A stretch of 64,000 nucleotides of DNA from Camelus dromedarius. Lineage: Eukaryota. Below the pieces are notes generated by a model. That model was not told the DNA's origin. It saw only the letters and a list, made by a program, of their open reading frames with translations, and searched no databases. Positions 13,931 through 25,962 of the stretch are shown here, in pieces. Location of the stretch: contig NC_087436.1 in assembly GCF_036321535.1 (NCBI RefSeq), positions 98,210,001 to 98,274,000 on the forward strand. The letters run 5' to 3'. Every line of letters begins with the position of its first letter. Positions within the stretch are counted from its first letter, which is position 1. Position numbers and translations under genes: made by a program.

Positions 13931-16900
13931 CCAAAGATTTTTTTCATATTACCAAAAAAAAAAAAAATCCCATAAATTAATTAAATGGGAGAAAGAAACA
14001 GCAAAGGTGGGGGGTAACCAAGATTTTAAAATATACATGTATATATACTAGTATACCCTGCCCATCCTCTTGGCTCTTCCTATAAACTATTGGAGACTCC
14101 CCCTTCTTACTTATTATCTGTTTATCAGTACATAGAAATAAATATTTGTGAGCAGTATATTAACAGTTAAACAGAATTTGAACTCCATTTTAGGCTCTGT
14201 ATACTATGGTGCCCACAACTGGTTTCAGCTTATTAAAGGACACTTGCCTACAAGTAATATTTATACTATTAGTAATAACAACAAAATGGAAATGATTCAG
14301 GGAAAAAAAAACCTTTTCAAAAAACTGTTGACACCTTTCTGAAATGCTAACAAATTAGCTGATAGCTTTTGGAATCACTACTACTCAATCTTTCATTTTG
14401 GCAATAAATTTCTAAGATAAAAATGATAAACTATTATAGAAGTGTGAAAACACTTTCTGTAGACAGTTTTGATAAGTGTTTGAAAAGCAACGAATAGCTT
14501 GAAATATAATTTTTCCAGTTCTGCTTCTGGCTATACAAAATACCCACATATGAATTCAGAAATACGAAATCAAATCAAGACAAAATTTACAACTTGCTTA
14601 TATATTTTACTAGATGTTTCTCTAGAGGAAAGAGAAATTTTTTTTGTTAATAAAAGTTAATTGTTTCTTTGGCAAAAATGTAAATAATTACACTTATAGA
14701 TATTAAAACATAACATTATTTTATTCTACTTCTGTTAAGTAACTAAATAATGAAGATAAAAATAATTCTGTTCTTTGCAAATATTAAATTTTCCTATTAG
14801 TTGTATGGATGAATGATCTCATATGCTTTTTGGGGAGGGTAGGTAAATATTCTTATTTGAAGCAGGTTTATATATGTTTCTTTGTCATATCTTTCAAAAA
14901 CCATTATACATAGTAAGTAACCTGTGGACTCCCCACTCTGCTACCTAAAGAATTCTATGCAATTCTCAGTATCTATAACCATGACCATTAGTGTATAAAA
15001 CTAAATGTGGAACTCTTAAAGTATAACACACAAAAAAAAGATCATTTAAAATCAGTATTTATTTCATCTAGTTATATTTAATTCATCTGGTTATTCTAGA
15101 AAGATTTAAAATATGTGAATAAAAACAAAATGTCTTTTTTTTTTTTTTAATATATCAGGAACCAAATAAAAATCAGAGGTGACAAAAACCAAAAGCAAAT
15201 ATTATTTTCTCGTAAAAAAGCCCATCATTCCAGGTCAAGTAAGTTGCATCAAGCCCATTTTCAAGAAGAGGAAATTTATCCGTATGAGTTCAGGAAGAAA
15301 TTTGTAACTTAGTATTGGATTCAAATGGCTACTGGCAAGAAAAGTGCTGTGGAAACTCAAAATGCAAATTTAAATATAGCAAAGAGAATTTCTTTTAGTG
15401 AAGGAGTGAAAACAAAACAATTTAAGGGAAACCACCCCTCATATATTTATATTTATATTCATATTCATAAAATAGAAATGGCAATAGATATACCTAAACC
15501 AGATTTGTAATTAAGAAATCACATTCAAAGAAATGTCCCAACTTTTATTAGATTTAGTCAATTTTTCCATCCCATCTATACAAGGTACAAGTAATTTATC
15601 AGAATTATAACCAGTCTAGGACAATAGACACCTCACTTTGCATATTCACCATTGTTTTTGAACAATGATTTGCACATGGTAGCTACTATGCAAGTATTTG
15701 TTGAATGAATATTCTGAAGATAACAATAAAATAAATTGAAATATTGTTACTGTAACACAAGAAGTTTAGAATATATCACTTTAAATGATTTATGAAAAAG
15801 TAATGACAAACTAAAAAACCAAACAAGGAAAAAGAACGCAATTTTTTAAGAAGATCAAAATGATCTTAGAGAAACTAATGAATATAGAGGTAAGCAAAGA
15901 GGGGCCAACATGTGCATAATAGTGAGCTGCATATTTGGAAACTAAAGCTAGAAAATAAATGCGCAGTTATATACTTTTGTTCATTTAAGAGACCCTGGCC
16001 TTTTAGAGTAATTGCCTTGTAATTCAAATTTAATATATAGAAGTGAGTAATTGACTTAACATTATACTGTGTCTTAAAATTGTATTAAATGAATGCATGA
16101 GACTCAGCATGGAAGAGAAGTTAGGTTCACTGTATTTGTAAATTTTATTTAACATATTTATAAGAATTATTTAGGTGTCCAGAAGATGGCTAAAACTGAA
16201 AACTGAATTCTAAAGAATAAATCAAATATATTGAATATATAAATTTTGTTTAAACATTTTTTAATTTAGTTTGCAGATGAGAACAAAATTACTCAAAGTT
16301 TGTTAAAATGTGCTAGCTTCATACATAGTGTAGTAAGATTTGCAAACTGAATTTAAAAGCCTAAAATGGAGGTTAAGTTTTGAAGCAGCACCTTTCATAT
16401 ATTGAATACTAATTGCTTATAACCCTGAACAGACTTCTACATTCAAAAACCACCCTTGAGGACAACGAAAAGTTCAGCGATAGGTTTATGGAGTTTTAGT
16501 TCTTGGGACATAATTATGCCCAAGAAATTATAGATACGGTTTGTCTGGGAGGCTTTCCTAGAAGGTGATCACTTATCTTCATTATTAAAATAAGAAAAAG
16601 AGCACTTGCACATTGCAGAAAGTTTTTTTTTTTTTTCTTTTTCCCTTTTGCTGTAACTTCCTGTGGTAATTTGTCTTGTGAAAAATGCCTACTGCTTAGC
16701 AGAAGGTCCACAGCTGTAACTTTCATTCTGCACTGTAGAGGTAGTGCAGTACTGAGAGAGGAAGCAAAGTTCAGAACATTTAGGCCAGAGGCAATGAGCC
16801 TGTGTCATTAGCATTTCAATGGATCACTCTAAGGGAATTAGCATCAACTTGAATGATGTCTGCAGTGCCCTCTTCTCTGGGAACAACTGCTCTACTTTCC

Positions 16901-18830
16901 CCTTTTTTTGAACTACTTACATGAAAGAGACAACCATTTCTTTAAGAGGTACCCTGATTGGAGGAGCCAGGAAAGAATCCCACAGCAGGAAACCTGTGAT
17001 GGCAGAGTGTAACTTACTTCCCAAGGAATGTGCTTTATTCTCACAAATACATTTACTGATAGACACTAGTATTTCAATATGCAAATATGCATGTTAGCCT
17101 TAATCCAGGGAGTATACTGTTGATCAGAAAAAATGATTTCAAATCTAAAAATCAAATAAAGAGGGACAGTTTAGAATGTTAAATCTGTAGGGGGGAAAAA
17201 AGAAAAACTTCAAAGATTATTGAGGCTTGTTCTCTCATTTTGGTGTCTGTAAACAAAATAGGTTAAATAAATTTTCCAATTTTATACCTAACACCCTGTT
17301 AGTCCAGAAAAAACATGCTTAGCTTCCAGTTTAGTGTTTATTTGTATTTAACAGCTTTGGACCTAAGATTAAGCTGTTTCTCTAAATACACTTGAATTAG
17401 ATGACAAATGTTATGTGTAATATCCTACTGGCTTTACTCTCAGGAACCGTATTTGGAGTGTGTCTGTAGAAACCATGCTCTATTACTATTACATTTTTTT
17501 TCCTCTTGTTTAACTAGATACATGTTTCTACTCAGTTTTCAATTTGTGGGACTTTCTCACCTACGCTTCTGTTTCACATAGCTTTGTCCTCATTTTATTT
17601 ATTCTGATAAACAGGATTTAAAGTTGAGACTTGACTGATATGTGTGCATGGGAGATGGGGATACTGAACATAGCGTAGAGAACACAGAGAAAACCCAAAG
17701 CAAGAAAATATGATCTCTGTGCTGTCTTCTTTACCTCTAGGGGGAATCCTATTATTTCCCAAATCTCTTCCTCCTGACTGAAAAAAACAGGCAATTAGGC
17801 AATCTGATTCAGATCCGCAGTCATTCAGTTAATTTCCCCTTCTGACAAGATCAATATTTGGCTCATATAGTTTGACCCACTAAAACTAAATCACAATGAG
17901 AATTCAAACCAAATTGGCTACAGGATTTTCAAATCAGCAAACAAGGATGGAGAGCTTTGTCCTTTTCACAAAGGAACCACTTTGCCCACTCTCCATCCTA
18001 TAAAGTAATTCCTGCAGGACCTTGTTCCAAGTGACTTTTCTCAAAGTGTGGCCTTTAAATTGATGTGTGTATGGACCAAGAAAAGATGTTCTTATAAAAT
18101 TTAGTGAGTGAAAGGTCAAAAAATGTTGGTTGGATGAGAAGACTGCGTATGTAAGGTCCTGGGCTTGTCTCTTGGATTTTGGGTGATACTGTTTTATTCA
18201 AGGATGTTGTTTTATTCAATTTGTAAGCAACTTTCAAATGGAATGGATATATAATCTTCTGTTTTGATTGGTCAGTAATTAGAGAATTTAAGGACCAAGA
18301 ATCCTTTGCAGGCGTTCTGAAAACATTTCCTTTAGCCAGAAAGTGTTAGGAATCCCACTGAGGTTCCCAATATATCAGTTCTATATTTTGCAATGTGAAA
18401 ATACAGGTGGAAAATAAAAATAAAACAAAGGCAAAGTTGTACTATAAGCAGACAAGGAGAGCGGGGAGTCTTTCTTTCGGATATATTTTAAACACAATGT
18501 TAACAATTATTACAACTGATATTATTGATTATAATAAAATTGCTCTAATAGTGTACAGATGTTATCAAAAAAAACTCTTATTCTTAGAAATAGAAAAAGT
18601 GCTTAAATTATTTTGTTACTTTTAAATAATACTGACAAAAACAGTCACATCTAATGTTTGCATATATCCTTAATTAGTTCCTCAGGATCAATTTCTATAA
18701 ACGAAGGTGTTGAATCTAATATGTCACATTTTTAAATCTTGATGCATATAAGCAAGTTCCCCTTAAGAATTATGCGCCAATTCATAATTCCCAGAACAGT
18801 GTATGAGACTGCCCAGTGCCCTCCCAAGTA

Positions 18831-19038
18831 CAAATGACCCTTAAGCAATGCAGGGGTTGGGGGCACCAAGCCCTACACAGTCACATCAGTTTATAGTCAG
18901 CCTTCAGTATCTGCAGTTCTGCATCTGCAGATCCTGCCAATCATGGATGATGTTGTAAGGTAGTACTATTTATTGAAAAAAATTTGCATATAAGTGGACT
19001 CACATAGGTCAAGCCTGTGTTGTTCAAGGGTCAAACTA
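18831..19038. mobile_element. Tigger2-derived non-autonomous DNA transposon
   Basis: Terminal inverted repeats caaatgacccttaagcaa / ttgttcaagggtcaaact with TA-like flanks; aaaaaaatttgcatataagtggactcac. Confidence 0.8.
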
Positions 19039-19730
19039 TACTTCATAATGTACTTTCCTAAACACTTCATAAATTATGCAGATACTGAATTATGTTTTAT
19101 TTTTGTTTTTACTCACTGATAATTTTACATTTCTCTTGAAATATATGTTATTTTTTCTTTATTGAGTTAATACTTTTTAATATTTTCACATTAGAAAGTA
19201 TGCCATAATTTAACTTTGAAAAAAAATTATATATTGTAGATTAGCTTTCTGTGTCTAACATATATTGAAAGAAAATTTTCCAATATGCCATTTGAGTTTA
19301 AAATTTTTTTATAGTAAAATACTTTAAACTTAGTACTGATCACATTTAGCTTGTTTTTCTCTCTTGAATTTCTACCTTTGCAATGTAGAAAGCTCCTCTC
19401 TGCTTTCCACCTTTCTGAAGAATCTTTTATATCCTTTCATGTTTTAATGTAAAAGGACACGAATGCTTAAAAGAAAAAAAAAATTAAAAGTGAAATATAT
19501 TAAGAGTAAGACATCCTTCCATGACATTAAGAAAGTGAAAAGGCAAGCTAAAGAGTGGGAGAAGCAGCTCACAAAATATATAATATCCGATAGCCTGGTA
19601 GCTAAATTATCTGAAGAACTCCATTAAAACAATTAAAAAAAAGTAAAGGAAAAATCCATGTATGGGGGGAAAATTTCTTTAAATAAAAAATAGTTTATGG
19701 CTTAAAACTACTGAAATGTATATAGGAGTA

Positions 19731-20096
19731 TGCCATTATCTGAATGTATATGTCCCTCCCCACCAAATTTCAATGTTGAAATCCTAACCCCAAGGTGATG
19801 GTTTTAGAAGGTGGGGTCTTGAGGCCTTTGGGAATTGATTAGGTCTTGAATTAGGTCTCATGAATAGAATTAGTACCTTTAAAAAAGAGGCCTTAGGAAG
19901 CACCTTTGTCCCTTCTGCCCAATGAGGTTACAGTGGAAAAATGACCATGTAAGAAGTGGGTTCTCACCAGACACCCAATCTGCTCGCACCTTAATCTTGG
20001 ACTTGTCAGCCACCAGAACTATGAAGAGTGAATTTCTGTTGTTTATAAACCATTCAGTTTATAGTACCTTTTGTTATAGCAGCCCAGACTAAGACA
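19731..20096 (+). mobile_element. MaLR solo LTR (MLT1A-like)
   Basis: ctgaatgtatatgtccc...gttgaaatcctaaccccaaggtgatgg ... ttgttatagcagcccagactaagaca. Confidence 0.85.
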
Positions 20097-20345
20097 GAGC
20101 ATCACTCATTTGTGATGATGATATAAAACTTGTAAGTACTAAAAGGGTGAAAATCAGCTTGAACTGAGGAATAAGAAAGTAACCCTGACTTTAATGAACG
20201 AGGGAGGATAGACATATCAGAAGCAAAGCTAGCAAGAAACCTTGTCTCCCTCAAGGTCATGCAGAGGTTGTAAAATGCCATCTGAACCCCCTCTTTGAGT
20301 GATAACTTCTTTCTTACCTGTGGATGCCCACTTGGCTTTCACTGT

Positions 20346-20750
20346 TGTTGCTGAACAAAAGTTTGTGTGCCCAGCACACAGTGAGGCCATACAAACTGAA
20401 ACCTCGAAGTTTAAAGCAGAGAAAGGTTTATTGCAGGGCCAAGCCTGGAGGAGAGGTGCTCATGCTTGAAAAACCCTAACTTCCCAATGGTTTTGGGGGA
20501 AAAGTTTGTATAAGCAAACTTTGGGGTGAGGGCAGCAGGGCAGTGTTCCAGAAATTTTGCCCACAGCCTGAAGTTGCCATCCTCCACCTGGATGGCGGCT
20601 TTGGTTTCTGCAGAACAACTCAAATATATTGTTGTATATGTTCCTTGAGAAGGACCCAGGACTCTGCCCCAAGGTTTCACTATTGTTTCTTTCTTTTTTT
20701 TATTGCCCCAGACCTCTCTGATCCAAACCCTCGGCCTCATGGCTAAGTGC
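20346..20750 (-). mobile_element. ERV1-class LTR (artiodactyl type), probably partial
   Basis: TGTTG terminus, antisense poly(A) signal (ggtttattgcagggcc), GC-richer than flanks. Confidence 0.7.
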
Positions 20751-21669
20751 ATTAATTTTTTATTTTCAATTTTGTAGAGTTTCTGAACTTCCCTGTTCTT
20801 ACATGATCAACTACTGTGGCTGCAGAATAATGGCAAAATCATGCTCATTAACACCAAAGGAGTTAGTTCTCTGGGAAAAGCTCCACGTTTTGTAGGAATT
20901 TTAATTGCTTTAAAGTGAAGCACGGGTACAAAAGATAGACTTTATGAGCTATGGCTATCTGTTAAGTATACCTTTTCCCTGGAAATATTTGATTTTTATT
21001 GTGCTTTTTTATACCTTCTTATTTTCCTAGGTTATGGAACTGGTCTTGGGTATTTTAAGTAATTCTGTCTCCTTTGTTCGTAAGTGTCTTATGAATAATT
21101 TCTGACAGTCACAATGAAATAGAACTCACATGTTTTTACTGTTGTAACATTTTAATAAATTCTGGCCATTTTGATGGATGAGAAGGTTAAGACTTCTCTA
21201 TGCATGGTGTCTTGTCCCTCTACTGAGAGTTGTGACCATTCTCAGGTCCTGTTGTTCATGCTGCCTTGTCCCATGCCCTGTCACCACAAGGCATTATGCA
21301 TTTCCCTAAACAATGATATGGTACACTTCACAAAAACCCTCTCACAGAAGGAACCTCATGGCTCATCTGTTCCATCCCGTATCTTACATCACAGAGAGAG
21401 CGAGAGGGAGATAAATTCACTGGGCATTAGCATTGCCTTGGAAAGGAACTTTGACTTTTATATTCATTATAAACATCACATAAGTTTATTCACATATCCA
21501 GGCATTTGGCTTTGACTTCTGCTGGTACAATGTTTTCATCACAGTCAGAAGTTCTCTTGGGGATCCAATGGATGGGTCCTATGGGAGGTGGAGAGAGGGG
21601 TTCATATGCCACTGCTTGGTCCTGTGCTCGTCAGTTTTAGCCCCATCATAAGCTATTTTTGTGAATGGT

Positions 21670-21830
21670 GTAGTGACTCTGAACATCATCTTTGGAGTGA
21701 GACTCACCTAGATTGAAAGCCAGACTTAACAGCTGTGTGACTCAGACAGGTTACTTAATGTCTCTGTGCCCATTTCCTCATTAGTAAATTAATAATAAAC
21801 TGATTTCTATACCAGTTACCTCAGTGGTAA
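21670..21830 (+). mobile_element. MIR SINE
   Basis: agctgtgtgactcagacaggttacttaatgtctctgtgcccatttcctcattagtaaa. Confidence 0.75.
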
Positions 21831-21993
21831 ACTGGGATAGAACCACATTATTCTGCATGTTGGTGGATGTCGCTGTATGTTGTCAGTCCCCTGATGGAAT
21901 GATGTGTTATGTAATAACATGCTTTTTCCTGCCTTTTTTCCCATTTAATTCTTCTCCTCACCTCTCATTTTCCCTCCTCTCCCTCTATCCCAC

Positions 21994-22281
21994 TTTTTTT
22001 TTAAACTTTTTTTTTATTGAGTTATAGTCATTTTACAATGTTGTGTCAAATTCCAGTGTAGAGCACACTTTTTCAGTTATACATAAACATACATACATTC
22101 ATTGTCACATTCTCTTTTGCTGTGAGCCACCACAAGACCCTGTATATATTTCCCTGTGCTACACAGTACAGTCTTGTTTGTCTATTCTACATTTTGAAAT
22201 CCCAGTCTGTCCCTTCCCACCCCCTGTCCCTCTGGCAACCACAAATTTGTATTCTATGTCTGTGAGTCTGTTTCTGTTTGA
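21994..22281 (-). mobile_element. Young lineage-specific L1 3' end (5'-truncated)
   Basis: Poly(T) followed by attgagttatagtcattttacaatgttgtgtcaaattccagtgtagagcac. Closely similar to copies at 50.26 and 52.45 kb. Confidence 0.85.
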
Positions 22282-22372
22282 GTATTATGTGAAATAAAAT
22301 GGATATTTTATATTATTTTTCATAATGGTAAACAATAATAATAATAAAATATACTTATTAATGAATTTATAT

Positions 22373-22870
22373 TGTCAATGAAAGAAATCAATACTCAATC
22401 TAAGAATGAAATGTATAAATTTATTTAAGCCAACCTGAGAATTATAACCCAGGAGACAGTTTTTCAGAAATCTCTGAAGACTGCTCTGCCCATTAGAGGT
22501 CAAAACACAGTTATGTCAGTGTTTGAAACAGGGTTATACTTCTAATGATGCACAGCTTACACAGTTCATATCTGCACATGGAAAGCCAGAAGTAGGTCAT
22601 CATGACCCCTTACAAGATTAAGAAGGAAGGTTATCTTCTAAGGAATTATGGAGTAGTCGGTCATCCTGACCCTTTACAAGAATACATCCTGACAAAAAAA
22701 ATATTTATTATCTGTCAGACGTTGTATCAGTCCTTCAGATCCAATAGTAATAAAAACAGAATCAGGGTCATCCTGACCCTTTACAGTGTTATCTCCTAAG
22801 GAGATCTGGTTAGAGCAGATGCACAGCGTACACTAAAGGGGACGGAGGAAGCCCAAGGGGGCAGAGATGG
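22373..22870 (-). mobile_element. ERV1-class LTR with internal rearrangement
   Basis: TG terminus, antisense aataaa (tttatttaagccaacctgagaattataacccaggagacag), MER4-group-like layout, three internal ggtcatcNtgacc repeats. Right end approximate. Confidence 0.7.
22595..22778. promoter_or_regulatory. Cluster of three consensus estrogen response elements (GGTCAnnnTGACC)
   Basis: GGTCAtcaTGACC 22595-22607, GGTCAtccTGACC 22659-22671, GGTCAtccTGACC 22766-22778. Motif matches are exact; function is untested. Confidence 0.5.
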
Positions 22871-23817
22871 CTACCAAAACGTAACTTAATTCTAAAATAA
22901 GTGGGTTTTTGTATAATTGCCTAATTACAAACATATGCTAAACCTTATCTCTTTTTATTTATACTGAATGAGTGTACACAATAAAAATTTAATTCTTTTT
23001 CAGATTATGTGCTTATATTGGTTAGAATAATATAATAACAAAGTCTGAAGAAACTCCATAGTATTAGATTAAAATAAATATTTTGGGAGCTTTTACTTAT
23101 TATGATTATAGATCTCTAATTTCTTTGCTTTTTTTTTCTTTCTCCTTAGCAAAAGTACTTACAGTAACCAATAATAGAGTGGAAATTAAATCTTTTGTTT
23201 ATTACCTACTGTTGTAACATTTAAAAATATGACTCAGGTTATTAATACACTATATACTATTTTTTTGGTAGAATATTTAAGGTAAATAGAGAGTCTTTAT
23301 AAAATTTACATAGAAAAAAAGATATCTAGTCTCTGAAGCTGGAATTGCATACAAATTTAAGCACTTTTTATTTTCACCTTAACTCTTACTTTTCTTCCTT
23401 GCTTTCTGTGCCCTGAATACTAAGCACTTAGTTGGTAATTAGTACTTTAACAAGAAATTGCTTCTTTGCTTCAGGTCAGTGATCAGCAATAATTAAAGTA
23501 GCTAAAACACTAGGAAAATAGGCTAGAAAATAGAAGAACATGGTAACTCAATCCAGTTTTTAAGTTGTTAATTAAAATAGGCAAAGACATGTGCAAAAGG
23601 AAATGTACCCCTCAATTAATAAACATGATTCCATGTTTGTGCTATTGAATGCCTTTAGCTTAATTTAACCTTTATTTATTATTCTTAATGTTTTTTCATC
23701 AAGATCTAACTAAACAAATGATAGCGGAATAAATTTTGTGTTGGCCCACTTTATCAAGGAAGGTATCAAATAAAAATTGAATGACATTCACCAGATAATC
23801 TAGGCAGAGGATAAAGT

Positions 23818-24281
23818 TGTTACTGGAGAATAGGTTCTTGTCTTGAGCATGAAAGAATTCAAGAGCAAGCCATGGCAAGGCAAAAGCAAATTTATTTAGA
23901 GCAATAAACACTCAATACACAGAATCCAGGCCATCTTAGAAGGCAAGAGAGGCAGCCCTGAGGTGTTGGGATGGTTAGTTTTTATGGACTGGGTCATTTC
24001 ATATGATAACAAGTGGGAGGATTATTCCAATTGTTTTGTGGAAGGGGCAGGGATTTTCAAGAACTGGGGCCTCACCCATTGGCCTCACCCATTTTTTGGC
24101 CTTTCATGATCAGCCTGGGAACTGTCAGAGCACCCGTGGATGTGTAGTAAGGCTCAAGGTCTACTGGAAGTCAAATCTTTCATCATCTTGGGCTGATTTG
24201 GTTCTAACCAGTTTATGACCTATCCTCAATTGTTGTGTCATTCTTTAATGGTTGTGCCTTGCCCCTTTCCCTCCTGTCTCA
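23818..24281 (-). mobile_element. ERV1-class solo LTR
   Basis: TG...CA termini (tgttactgg ... cctcctgtctca), antisense poly(A) signal aatttatttagag, internal 13-bp tandem duplication ggcctcacccatt x2 (24068-24093). Confidence 0.8.
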
Positions 24282-25039
24282 AATCTTCCATGCAGAGACA
24301 AAAATAAGATTAATGGTATTTAGACTGTAAGGTAGAAGGTCAAATTAGAAATCATCACATTTCTCTATTTGGAAAAAAATTACTCTGTAGAAAGAATTAT
24401 TTGAAGAAAAATCTTAGACTATGTTAAAGATAATATTTTATTCATTTGTTTCTGTTTACTTATTTGTTCTTTCAAACAATAACTTTTTTTTTAAGGCATT
24501 ATATCAGTCCTTGATATACAATAGTAAGAAAAACAGAATCAAGTCCTATCTTGTGAGGTAAAATACTGACTAATAGTTATATAAATGTATAGGTATAATC
24601 TCCTATATATGCCTCAGAAGAAAGAATATGGAACCATATTTTTATGACATGGATTTTATAATATGGATTAAATATATCATTATATTTTATAAGCATGATT
24701 AAAACTATGAGACATAGAATACTAACCAAATTATGTGGTGCTTTAATAAGTCATGATTAAATAATTCTTAGGCACCTGGCAATCCTTCTTTGAAAAATAC
24801 ACATTGTAGTATTCTGTTCAAAATTCAAAAACACTGTAATAAATGATCACTGGAAAATGATCTTTCAAATCAAATATTTTAAGAGAATAAAAAATCACTT
24901 GTTTTTGTTAGATTTCCAAGTTCAGTAAAGAGCAGAAATTCTACAGCGAAACATAGTCAACTCTAAAATTTATTTAATATATTTTTTTTTACTTAGTAAT
25001 AATCTGAGTAGGAATAGCTAGAATAAGAAGTGAAGTGCT

Positions 25040-25597
25040 GCATTCACCTCAATGTTAATAGTAGCATTATTTACCATAAAAAAGATATAGAAGCAGCCCA
25101 AGCGTCCATTAACAGGTGAAGGGATAAAGAAGATGTGGTATATAGATACAGTGGAATATTACTCAGCCATAAAAAGGAATGAAATTCTGCCATTTGGAAC
25201 AACATGGATGGACCTAGAGAGTATTATGCTTAGTAAAATAAGTCAGAGAAAAACAAATACTGTATGTTATCACTTCTGTATGGAATCTAAAAGATAAAAC
25301 AAACAGATGTATATAACGAAACAGAAACAGATACACAGATACAGAAAACAAAATAGTAAATACTGGTAGGGAGAGGGAAGGGAAGAGGGACAAGACAGGT
25401 GAAGGAGATTAAGAGATACAAACTACTATGTTTAAAATAGATAAGCAATGGGATATATCATACAGCACAGGGAAGTGTAGCCATTATTTTGTAATAACTT
25501 TAAAGGGAGTATAATCTTATAAAAATATTGAATCACTATGCTGTACACTTGAAAGTAATATAATAGTGTAAAGCAATCATATTTCAATAAAAAATAA
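25040..25597 (+). mobile_element. L1 3' end (ORF2 tail plus 3'UTR)
   Basis: cagtggaatattactcagccataaaaaggaatgaaattctgccatttggaacaacatggatggacctagag...tcaataaaaaataaa. Possible TSD aagaagtgaa/aagaagttaa. Confidence 0.9.
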
Positions 25598-25757
25598 AGA
25601 AGTTAAACACTAACCAATATCTGCAGTGGACTCACAGTTTGTTACCTACATGTGACTTCTTCAAGCTTTTGTAAGAGGTGAGGTTTTTGAACAGAAGATC
25701 TAACCTCTGATATTTAATAATAAACCATGATTATATGTTTATATCTTTAGTCATAAA

Positions 25758-25962
25758 CAGCTGTATTACAATAAACCAGTTCTTCAGAATAAATAAATAA
25801 ATTTAAAAAGCCTTAATATAGCATTTGCTGATTGCTGTGGTATAAAGTCTCCCATAACAGCCAATTTCAATCTACTGAACGTTGCCCCTGAAACTTGGAG
25901 TTGGGAGAAATGTGGACAGTTGGCAATTCCAAGGCAGTGTAAGCTCAGTTCAGCATAGCTAG
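25758..25962. mobile_element. MER63-like hAT fragment
   Basis: agcatttgctgattgctgtggtataaagtctcccataacagccaatttcaa is similar to the element at 9823. Confidence 0.55.

Noticed and set aside
21031..21082. Peptide ELVLGILSNSVSFVR resembles the V-ATPase a-subunit motif EYCLGCISNTASYLR
   Set aside because: The similarity spans only 15 residues, a stop codon lies immediately upstream, and the LWALSLAH continuation is absent. Most likely chance.
22595..22802. CRISPR-like repeat-spacer array
   Set aside because: Mammalian DNA, only three repeats with unequal spacing, located inside an LTR, and no cas genes.
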